Below are positions 14,087 through 24,884 of a stretch of DNA of 64,000 nt, in pieces. How positions within the stretch are numbered: the stretch's first letter is position 1; each line of letters starts with the position of its first letter. Below the pieces are notes generated by a model that made no database searches, had not been told where the DNA came from, and was given only the letters and a program-made list of their open reading frames with translations. The translations under genes were made by a program, and so were the position numbers. Origin of the DNA: Paraspadella gotoi (lineage: Eukaryota > Animalia > Chaetognatha); NCBI GenBank assembly GCA_051294375.1, contig CM119263.1:13023923-13087922 (forward strand), in the 5' to 3' direction.

Positions 14087-14104
<18 letters not shown>
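13699..14104 (+). repeat. 203-bp tandem duplication bounded by (TC)n, containing an exon-like segment
   Basis: 13699-13901 and 13902-14104 are near-identical; the first copy has three extra single bases. Segment 13907-14053 is flanked by (TC)n-TAG and GT and reads PDYSVPRTTPPAPPLPLRQP... Confidence 0.9.
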
Positions 14105-14157
<53 letters not shown>

Positions 14158-14355
14158 TCTCTCTCTCTCTCTCTCTCACATTTCTTGTTAAAAATACGAG
14201 CAAATCGCGGAAGCGTTTTGTTGTCGGGGCAAAATAAACGTTGGCGCCCTCTCACACACAAAAAAAAATATAAGCGATAAAAATGAAGAAGCGAGAATTT
14301 AAAAAAAAAAGAGATGGCGTCGTCGTCGAAGTTGAACCGACGACTTCGTCTTCTC

Positions 14356-14445
<90 letters not shown>

Positions 14446-17400
14446 AATTTTCCGAGGTGNNNNNNNNNNNNNNNNNNNNNNNNNNNNNNNNNNCAAATGT
14501 ATAAATATATTTTTTTTTACTAGTCTCATAAACGAGAACGCCGGTTTGGGCGACGTCGCGTCGCCAGGATGGGCGTGGCCGAATAAATAAAATTTGACGC
14601 GAGTTTGGAAAAAGGGTAAAGCGAAGGTGATGTTGAGGTTGGGCGGATTCGGTACAGAGTTTTCGGCTTTTTACTTCGCCGCGGGAAATTGACGCCTCAA
14701 GTCGCGTCTTCTTTACATTTGTTTCTAATCCGTGGATATTCCATTTCATTCATTCAAGTTTCTTTTTATTCCTTTCTTTAATCTTTCGACGCCCGTTTTC
14801 TCGACTGCGTTTGAGCGGGAAAACGACTCGGTCGGTGTCTTGTAGATTCGTCTGATAAAAAGGAACAATAACTATAGGTAAATATTTATAATATTTTTTT
14901 TTTGTTTTCTTTATATTTTCTCTATGACATCTTTGTGCCATTTGTATCCTTGCTAATTAAACTTTATAAATAATCTAAATATACACTATCTTATTTTCTT
15001 ATGTTTTCCTATTTCGAATAGGTCGGGGAAAATCTACTCCTTTTCCTTTTTTGCTTTTTTCTCCCCCGATTTCTTTCCTTATTTTCGTGCCATTCCTCTC
15101 CTTTTCCCATCCTTTTCCTCGACTTCAAATTCAGCCGATTTTTTCGAGTGAAAAACTCGAATCGGCTTCCAAGACTCGAGTCTCCCCTGTCGGCCGATCG
15201 GGAATTTCGACTCCACCTGAATTCTTTCCTCCTTTTTTTTCATCCCGCGTTTTATTTTAATTTCCTCTCGAGTTTTTTTCCCTTTTTTTTCCCTTTTCTT
15301 TTTTTAGCTTTTCTTTTTCCTTAGTTTTTACCACTTTTAAACGGCGTTTTTAAGATTTTTATGGCAAGCCCTATTGTGGCAATTTGTAAAAGTGAAAGCT
15401 GTCATCATCGTCTCTACGTGCACCATATGAAGGCGCCAACTCCCCAACTCTGCGCCAATTCTTATTTAATTCTGAGAACTTTTTATTCTTTTGTTGGCTT
15501 TTGATTGTACCATTAGTTTTGATGTGATAGTACTAGGTTTTTAAGAATGGGGTAAGATGATATATTATATTATATTTATATTATATTATATTTTTTTAGG
15601 TTATACTTATACGTATCTTTGAAATCCCAAATTATTTATTTTTTTAGGTGATACCTCACACAATTTTTCATTACTTTTCCAAATGACTCCGTAAAACCAA
15701 ATTAAACACATTTTCATTGAAAACTACAATTATATACATTTTCAGTTTTCTGTACTTTTCTTTTTACATTATCAATCCCACCGTTTCCTCTTTTCCTTAC
15801 AATAGCAAAAGCTTTTCTCCAACTTTCCACCAAGACAAAAATTTTTATTCCAGTTTTCCAAAAACCCTCTTTATTTCTTCCTTTCCTCTTTCTGAGAATA
15901 ACCTTCTCTCTTCTTTAAACTTTCACTACTCCTCTATTTTTTTTCCCTTCGTCACAGTCGATTCATTTTTCAAACAAAAGCTAAAATTTCAATCCGATTT
16001 CAACCATTTTTAGTTGCGCCGCGAGTACTCTCGAAGCAAGTCTATAAGTCACTTTTCGGTTGGTCTGTCGGTCCGTCCGTCTGTCGGTCGGTATGTCCGT
16101 CTGTCCCACTTCCATTAAAAATGCATATAATTTGCCTATAGTTGGTTGCTCATTTGTTAACACAGAAAAAACTCAAATCTAAAGGACTGCTCGCTAGGCT
16201 GGAGCGATGGAAGAGTATATCGATCGAACAAGTAAAATCCACTGCATATGGCATTAAAGAATAACCTCGTATGTTTAAATATATTTAAAAATATTTCGGA
16301 ACAGTATAGCAAAATCGATTTTAATAATTGTACCACCGGGTCGCCAAATACTGGCTTTTAATTGGTTCAGCCAAGTCACGTGACCTATTATAGCCAATCA
16401 GCGTCAGTTATTCTTGCTCATGTGTTATTAAACAAATTAAAAGAATAATATTGCAAAGGTTTTTGTTTAATTATTCACAAAAAAATTAAATATTGTTTTG
16501 GCAAAACAAAGATGCAAATCTTTTTTGGTTTCAACAGAGGGAAGAATAAATCGTGACCTAATTCTGGCTCTTATAAAGCCATCGCGTCGATCGAATCCGC
16601 ACACAGAGTGGCAGGCAGATGTCATTTCTTTTACCATTCTTTCTACAGCCTGGGTATGACATTAAAATTAGAAACTTTCAAGGGAACATCTAATAACTGA
16701 TTAATATCAGAAATACTAAACTTGGTCGTAAAAATTGGTTCAGTAACAGTAATTTTATCCCAACTGATAATATCATAAATTGCCTTTGCATCAAAATTAA
16801 GAGAAGGGGGTTCAAAATTTCGCGGAGTATCATCTCCTTGATCGCATCCTTTACGAATCTCAAGTAACTTTTTAACGGCGAATTCTCGATGGTTTTTATC
16901 TTCAGAAGCTGCCAATGCTAACAGAAGGTTCTCTGGATGAACAAAAATAGGATTTTATGTAAGGAAAAACTATTTCACGTAAAGCGTCTGGCAGCAACTT
17001 TAAAATTGAAGTTGAGCAAAAACATGAAATGGAGCATTCGTAATTGATGGCGCAGATTTGATTCGGAACCACATAGGTGCATAATTCGTCATGATAAAAA
17101 GAACAATTTTTTTAACGGACTGGATAGCTTTATCGGTTCAAATCAATTTTTTTCATGTGCAGAAACAAAAAGCGTATGGCAGTTGTCAACCAACGAGCGT
17201 GAAAATTTCGCTAGGGGTGAGACTTTTTAAATCTGCCAAGGGAAAAACCATTGCGAATTGATTTAAAAGAAAAGATATAAGATCTTTTGGTCGTGGGAAA
17301 GATCACGAACCACGTCATCGGGAATAAAAATGTCTTCGCCATCTAAGATCGGGAGAAATTTTTGTTTCCATTCTAACTTGTGAATGTTAGGTTAAAACCT

Positions 17401-17730
17401 GTCCAATTTCTCCCTTAAAAGTTGACTTCCCTGATGTTTCCCCGCTTTCTTTTGCGATCAAATGACGTAGTGGCAACTCATTCGTGTGAAGCATACACAC
17501 GGACCAAAGGCATCGCCGTCCTAGCATGCGTTCCAAACTGGCAAACACACCGCCTCGATGGCCGGTGTTCACGGCAGTTGAATCACCTCCAATTACCCTG
17601 TAAAAGAGAACTATTTAAGTTGGATATATTTTTTTAAATATTATATACATTGTTATGATTCTTTCTTTTTCGTTGTGTTTATGTTTAAGAATAACAGATT
17701 ATTTTAAAATTCAAACAACGAATTTTTATT

Positions 17731-17780
17731 TCATAGGACATGTTTCGACTCTGGGTTTTAGAGTCTTCATCAGCATCTGA
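17731..17780 (-). ncRNA. Minimal hammerhead-ribozyme-like motif (Penelope type)
   Basis: Minus strand reads CTGATGA-A-GACTCT-AAAACCC-AGAGTC-GAAAC-AT-GTC: conserved core, 6-bp stem II and palindromic ACATGT stem III. Stem I pairing is weak. Confidence 0.65.
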
Positions 17781-18194
17781 CATAATCAACAATTTTTCTC
17801 TTTAATGTCAGTTTTTAGAGAGAGAAGAAGAGAGAGAAGAAATAGAGAGAGAGATAAAAGAGGGAGATTCCAACAAAGAATTGAGAAAGGACAGTGGTCA
17901 ATGTGAGGACAGGTGAAAGTAAGAGCAAGGAAGAAGATAAATTGGTTGAAATTTTTTTGAAGGGTGAAAAAATTGAGGAGAGAGAGAGAGAGATAACAGA
18001 GGCAGAGAAATAGTTACATTTGGTAATGTACAACAAAGTAAAATGGACAAACTTAATGTTATCTAGTAGTACAATCCAATTAATAACTTAGTTTAACTAT
18101 TAAGAATGAAATATGAAAGGGAAAATAAGTTGTTAGGGATAGTTGTGAAGATGTTAGTGAATAAAGATAAGAAAGAGCTCAAAAAAGATTTTAA

Positions 18195-18708
18195 CAGCAC
18201 ATAAAGCCCTACCGTGACGCCCGTGGTCACTTTTTGTCGGCTATTGCCGAGCATTCGGCATCTTCTGGCCATCTGTTTAGAGAGACCGACTGTCTCGTGC
18301 TGTCCCATGACCAAAACTGGTTCACTAGAGGTATTAGAGAGGCAATATACATCAAAGCCCTCGAGCCCTCTCTGAATGTGATGGAGGACGATTCGACTCC
18401 CTCCAAGCTATGATTCGCTTATCAAAATGGAGGTGGAACGCCAAACCACCCAACGCACGGTGATTCCCTGTCCCTACTCAACGGTCAGGCGAGGCCTCTC
18501 GGCAGGCAATGGACGCCCGATACCTCTCCTGAGCCAACAGCACTCGGTGCGAATCTCCTCGCACCGAGCGTCGCCCAAACGACAGCTGCAGGAGGAAGGG
18601 AGGAATCTGTATTCCTGCACCCAAACAGCCAGAACAGATAATCCCCGCCTCGTCGTCAGGCGAGAGGAGGGCCTTCGCAGGTTTATCAGCCAGAGGGAAT
18701 TAGAATAG
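18195..18708 (+). pseudogene. C-terminal fragment of a Penelope-type GIY-YIG endonuclease ORF
   Basis: From 18195: QHIKPYRDARGHFLSAIAEHSASSGHLFRETDCLVLSHDQNWFTRGIREAIYIKALEPSLN, then after frameshifts DGGR..LPPSYDSLIK. This matches the SAIAEH..GH..W..R.I.EAI.I..P.LN pattern of PLE endonucleases. Confidence 0.82.
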
Positions 18709-19208
18709 CGTTGGGAATTATGCCTCAGCCTACAACATATCTCTCAACCTATGACAGCCAATGACCGATCCTATCGTAACGTCTACATTTCCAAGCCGGG
18801 GGGGGGCCACTCTTTTTTGAGCTCTTTCTTTATCTTTATTTCACTAACATCTCACTTAACTATCCTACAACTTATTTTCCCTTTCATATTTCATTCTTAA
18901 TAGTTAAACTAAGTTATTAATTGATTGTTACTACTAGATTAACATTAAGTTTGTCCATTTACTTTGTTGTACATTACCAATGTAACTATTTTCTCTGCCT
19001 CTGTTATTCTCTCTCTTCTTCCCTCATTTTTTCACCCTTCAAAAAAATTTCAACCAATTTATTCTTCCTGCTCTTACTTTCCTGTCCTCACATCTGAACC
19101 ACTGTCTTTCTCAATTTTTGTTGAATCTCCTCTTTTATCTCTCTCTCTATTTCTCTCTCTCTCTCTCTCCTCTCTAAAAACTGACATTAAAAAAAATTGT
19201 TGATTATG

Positions 19209-19256
19209 TCAGATGCTGATGAAGACTCTCAACCACAGAGTCGAAAATGTCCTATG
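19209..19256 (+). ncRNA. Minimal hammerhead-ribozyme-like motif (second arm)
   Basis: CTGATGA (19216-19222)-A-GACTCT-CAACCAC-AGAGTC-GAAA-ATGTC; mirror copy of the 17731-17780 motif with one base missing. Confidence 0.6.
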
Positions 19257-22200
19257 AAAAAAAATTCGTTGTTTGATTTAAAAAATCTGTTATTCTAATA
19301 TATATAAAAAATGTGATTTGTATAACATTAATAGAAACAATCATTATGACTTTATCTCTCTCTCTTATTATAGCGGCTAAATAAATTTTCTTATTATTTT
19401 AAAATATTTTTAAAATTTTAAAATTAATATTGTGATGTAATCCTTTCTTTCGTGTGTAAGGGTATTAAAAAATAAATCATTGTGACAATAATTTCAAAAT
19501 TAATATTGTATCTATTACAGTCAGCTAACTAGGTTAAACTACTTACTTGATATTATCTGTCAGAGTATTTTCTTCAGGAAATCAAATAGAGCTTTGGGTG
19601 GTTGGTGCGCTTTTTTCCTCCTGGATGAGGTGAGCAGATATTCCCCTTCGGGATCGTTTATGACAACAATATGCTCCTCTTTGACCTTCACCCTCTTCCA
19701 CTTCCCTTGATCGTCTTTGACCATCTTCAGAGTTTCAACTTCTTTGCCGTCGAAGAACAAGCCTTCGACATCGCCTGATGTCTCTTCGCTTTGGAGTTCC
19801 TTTCGAATCGCTCCCGAGCTCGCCGTACTTGTGACGGTCGATGGCCTCTGACTGATTGTCTTCTGTCACGATTCCGTAATCGACCAAAACCGCCGTTGCG
19901 ATAGCGGCGACCATACGGTCAGACGCCGACGGCCATCGGTCAGCTTCCCGAGCGAGATTGTCGAGGTGACGAAGATTTTCTGTAACGATTTACAAAAATA
20001 TTTCTTAATTGTTAAAGTAAAAAAGCCATTATATAAATTACAATAAGTTATTATCCGTCTTTTATTATTAAATGGTTTGGTTTTGTATTTATACTATTGG
20101 AATGACAAAAAGCTAAATTACAGCTTAAATTTTTAATTATTATAAATGAAATATAATGAAAATTTCTGTTTTTTGAACCATATACAATTTTGTAAATTTA
20201 AAAATTTATTTCATATTTCATAATGAATTAATTTTACTAAATTAAAGAAAAAAAATTACCTCCGCAAATCAAATTATTGTGGTCCAAAACAAAACTTTCA
20301 GAGTCGTCACCAAAGGTCCTCATTTTCGATGAGAAAACGGGAAGGAGCACATCGTGATTCAGACTCTAAGAGGCAAGCTGAAATGTTTGGAGTTACGACG
20401 GGTTGAAGACGCTCTTGTTCCTATTAAACAAATACTTCAATGATTGCAAACATTATGACATGTAACAATATTAATATACTTGTATTTGTCTTTGAAGTTT
20501 TTTTTCAAGCGTTTTGGTGGTTTTCCGGTCAACCGAGCCAATAGACATTTTTCCAACTCGTGAACTTTTGTTACGCTGATCGAAGATGAAGCGAAGCTCG
20601 ATTGATGAATTTTATTTGCTTTTTCACAATGGCAAACTATATGCGCTTGCCATTCACAGTTTCCATCGCATCCCGAATCAGAACACAAAGTAATTGGACA
20701 CTTACAGTTAAGAATGTCAAAGAGTTTGTCGAGACGATCGCAAAGTTATGAAAGTGTGAACCGTGGGATTGGTGACATTGTGTCAGTCCTTTCCACGCAC
20801 GTTTCACTCGCACCGCAATGCATCAAAGCAGAAATCGGAAGAGAAGAGTTGGCACGCTGATAGACATCCAAGATGTCTTTGGCCACCGATTGAAAAAACG
20901 CGGTGTTGAGGTTATTTCCTTCCAGCTGAAATTTAAATAAGATGAAATATATAAGAACTATATAAGAAAAAATTTAATGAAATAGTTGGATTTCAAAAAC
21001 GAATTTTTGTATTTTCATTAGAAAAAACAGACATGCTTTTTTATTTCAAGCTTTAATGAAAATAAATTTCTAATAAAAATATAAATTATTGTTGATGAAA
21101 TCGCATTTGAACTATTTCATTAAATCTCGAAACACAACGAAATGAAGGATCATAATACAAGAAACTAAATTATGAATTATCAGCCATGAACGAAAACAAA
21201 CAGCTGTTTACAAAAATCTACACATTATTTACCTTTTTATATTTAGCGTGACACAAAACATCGCGAGAGTTGGCAATTGAGATGGATTTAAGGGCTTCGA
21301 GCTACCAAGAATGTCGTCTTCCTGACTGCGAGTTGAAACCTTTTTGTATTTTGGCATTGCAAAGTCTAGTCTAGTCCTAAAACTAATACTATTCTACTTA
21401 TTTTTTAAAAATTCTAATTCTAAAAACTTTTCGAAATTTTCTCTTCGTAACTAATAAACAAATGAGTAGCAAAATGATTACCCGCAAAATAATGAATGCT
21501 GATTGGTCAATTTTTTATATGCACGCTTTGTGGTTGGATGGATTATTTTTTTTACCGATGAAGTGAAATTTATAACTTAATGAGTGAATCGGTGTATCTC
21601 TACGCCAAAAAAATAATCCGACTATTTAGCCCGATTTGCTATCGTGAAGATCACATATTATTTTTAAAAAAATATTATAATTAACAAACCTATGTATTTT
21701 ACAACTTTTTTTGTTGTTCGATCGATGAGATAAAGAAAAGTACACGATATGCTCCAGCCTACTGCTCGCGCCGCCTTGAGGAATTCCTAAAAGAATAAAG
21801 AATAAAAACAGAATTTTAATGCAGAGCATGTCATAATTTTTTTAGTCATGTCATATCATGTGATTAAAGGGAAATAGATATGAAAATAAAGTCACTGCGG
21901 CGCAACACATTGGAATTACCGTTTTTGTTTTCCTTTATTCTTTCTCCTCGAAGTCGTTTTGTTACTTTTTCGTCGCGAATTCGGGAAAAAGAAAAGACGA
22001 TCAACTTTTTGTTTTCTCTGTAATCGTGAAAAAAAAAGGGCAGAAAAAAAAACAAACAAAAAAACAAACCGTCGCCCCGGAGCGGTTTTGTTTTTACCGA
22101 ATCAAAACTAATCCGCGGCCAGACAAGAGTCGATCGATTCCATTCCCAGTTGTATATTCCCTCTCGATCGCAGGTGAGACAAAAACAGACGGTCACCGCT

Positions 22201-24571
22201 ACATTTGTATGTATGTGTCTCTGTCGGTCCGCGAAATAACCTTCTAAACAATTGTAGAGTTGACTCTGATATCAACAACAATAATACTGTCAAGGTTGCA
22301 AAGTTTCAACAAAGCTTATTTAATTGTCACAAAGCAATTGTAGTAAATTCCTGGCTAACCTTTTTGAACACAAAGAAATAAAAAAGTGAGTTACTTTTCA
22401 ATCATAATATTTGTCTCCATATAACATAAAAAATTTAAAAAATGCGGCATCTCATTCTGCAATAACTGAAACAATTTTTACATTCTGATAGACTTTTTGT
22501 CATGAGTGTTGCCTGGCCATAAGTCATGAAAACGTTGATCTAATAATATTGGTCAATGAAAAACCTTTCCCGCCCATTCTAACGATTTTGGGTGCGAGCT
22601 TGATGGCTGCAACGCTAAAAGTCTGTTTCGTCGACGCTGGACGACGTTTAACAGATTAAATGGATTAAAGCCATCGTAAAAATGTTTTTTTAGTTAAAAA
22701 GAAAAAAAAAGGGAAAAAAAATAACGAAAACACATAGCAGGATATAATTTTACCAGCCGCAACGGTTCCAGTAGTTTTGAAATCGCCTTTTACAACTTCA
22801 AATTTTAAATAACTAACTGAACATCGCACAAATTCGTCGAATTATCTCCGTTTGTCTCGTTCCGAACCAGGCCTCGTTCCCTCGTGCCCGGTGCCCGTCT
22901 TTGCCGCCCACGCGATTCTCTCGGGCTTTTCGCGCCCCCACGCGTTTATCATCATATACGACCTTTGCCATTCTCTCCCATCCCTGCCCTTAATTCTTGT
23001 GCACCCGTATCCCGCTCTACAAACCACCACTATCATTCTTTCTCTTCAAACGTGCCCTATTTTCCCTACCAGTCTCCCTGCCCCGTTTTAGTTTCTTCCT
23101 CTCATGCCATCTCTTTAATTGCAGCGTTCCTTCCCTCTCTCGTTCTTGCAATCTTTTTTCTCTCTTCTCTTAACCCGCTCGACCACTTTCTGCCAATTTA
23201 TAAGAACTTGCTTCAGTGGTCGTGTTTGCCCGTTGTTTTTTTTTTCTTCTCTTCTTTTTTCCTTCCTCGCCTTCTTGTCATCGGTTTTGTTTTTCCTCAA
23301 CCGGTCATTGCCCTCACCTTTCTTTTCCCAAGCCCTAATTCGTCAACTATCAAAATCTTTCCCTTCAAATACCGCGTCCCTCTCCCCCCTCGTGACCATT
23401 AGTGGTTTATTCCATTTCCTCACCTTATTGACCCTCGTATTTTTTTCTGCGGTTTTTTTTTTCAATCAATCGGACTGCGGTTATTTTCCCACCGGCAGCG
23501 ACAACTAGGAAACTTAAGAGGAGATTTCGTGAAGGACCGCCATCAAAACCCCCTACGCCCTTTTCTCTCGCTCATTCGCTTTCTCCTCGTTTTCCCTCCT
23601 CGTCTTTCAAGAGTCACCGGGCGACTCGCCTCACCGCGGGTCACTTGTTGACGCGAGGTGCCATTTCCCAGAAATGTCAACTGTCCTCTCGACTCTCTCC
23701 GTTGTCACTTCACTTTTTCTCCCAGTCTGTTTTTTTTTGGGGGGGGAGGGGGGTAGACGCGGGCTGTGGTAGTGCGGGTCTTTAGCGACGGTTCGGCTAG
23801 TTATTCTGTCGACTATCCGCCCATTTTTCCTTTGTTTTGATTGTCTTTGTTGATATTTTAGTAATTTGTATACTTGTTGTCCCTTTTAATGGCGTCCTGA
23901 GGCTTGTTTTGACCTCTGTTTGTTTGTAATTTCCGAAAAAAATACGCGTAGGTGGTTGAACGGTGTCTCGGTCGATTTCGTGAGCGCTATTTCCATTCGT
24001 CAACAGAAGGAGATCAATATAAAAAACAGAAATCAATAACTATTATGGAAAACTAACAAAAAAGTTTTCCTTACGATGAGCATATGTAACTGAACTGCGA
24101 ATTATCTAATTAAATAGATAAGATTGTCCAGGATATACAAAGTGAGGTAAGAATTGTATAATATATAGTGTAATAATCAAATACGAACAACAAAAATGAG
24201 AAAAGACGAGAAGAACCATGAAGACGCACATTATTGAGGACAAAAAAAGAGAAACGATGAAGGAAAAAAAAGTGCAAGGACAAACGAAAGCAAAGAGCAA
24301 CGACAAAGAGGAAGCAAAGAGCAATGACGACGATGATGGAACGGGACGGACGGGGGGGGGCGAGGATATTGACGTGAAAGAGACCGACGACCCCCGAATC
24401 TCCAAAGTTTGCGGAGGAGCGATCGAACCGAGGACAAACATCCTTTTATTCAGCGAAGCGTCGTTCGAGTCAACAAGCGAAACCTTTTCCTCGTTCTCGA
24501 GCAAATACTCACCTCTCGTTCCCTCCCCCCCACTTTTCGCCACTCCTCCCCCTCTCCCACTCAAAAAAAAA

Positions 24572-24681
24572 ATGGCGTCGAAAGGTGATTTTTTGGCCTC
24601 GAACTTTCTCGCGGACGATTTGAGTCTCACGATTATCGCTCCGGAAGATTTTGAGCCGCGCCTCGCCTCGCTCGCCGATAA
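24572..24681 (+). CDS. Possible first coding exon of an unidentified gene
   Basis: AAAAATGG start context, 36 codons MASKGDFLASNFLADDLSLTIIAPEDFEPRLASLAD, then GTAACC; no downstream exon identified. Confidence 0.22.
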
Positions 24682-24789
24682 GTAACCTCTGGAAATCGGT
24701 TAAGGACGTTTGGAATTTAGGAAAATGTTACAAATGGAGAAGTCCGGCGTATTTCCTAATGTCGTCTGTAACCATAAGGTTTTTTGACC

Positions 24790-24884
<95 letters not shown>

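Larger units (their letters stand above)
17687..19297 (+). mobile_element. 5'-truncated Penelope-like retroelement with inverted pseudo-LTR
   Basis: About 500-bp inverted arms (17687-18188 and 18811-19297) enclose a GIY-YIG C-terminal coding fragment; each arm has a CTGATGA..GAAA hammerhead-like core. An inverted upstream pLTR is a known Penelope configuration. Confidence 0.85.
16467..21357 (-). pseudogene. Intron-containing hAT-like DDE transposase with several apparent frameshifts (possibly sequencing errors)
   Basis: N-terminus MPKYKKVSTRSQ...QLPTL at 21357; LFDILNCKC at ~20.7 kb; FFDGK...KEEH...DPEGEY at ~19.7 kb; VIGGDSTAVNTG...CMLHTNELPLRHL at ~17.5 kb; HTQAVERMVKE...RDGFIRAR...TKKD at ~16.6 kb. 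These supply D, D, CxxH and E motifs of the hAT/P/MULE type. Intron 17598-19546 is GTAAGT..TTTTACAG. Confidence 0.85.
16195..21761 (-). mobile_element. hAT-superfamily DNA transposon (hATm-like), 5567 bp including a nested insert
   Basis: Perfect 11-bp TIR TAGGCTGGAGC (16195-16205) / GCTCCAGCCTA (21751-21761); 8-bp TSD CTGCTCGC (16187-16194, 21762-21769); inverted subterminal motif ATCGATCGAACAA (16219-16231, 21714-21726); internal transposase. Confidence 0.92.
16007..21929 (+). mobile_element. Helentron/DINE-1-like non-autonomous element (HINE), split by a hAT insertion (halves 16007-16194 and 21762-21929)
   Basis: T-run, then subterminal IR GTTGCGCCGC (16013-16022), 5' hairpin, (GTCY/GTCG)n microsatellite, and matching 3' GCGGCGCAAC (21897-21906). 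The two halves join colinearly with the uninterrupted copy at 61843-62194. Family assignment is inferred from this architecture. Confidence 0.75.
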
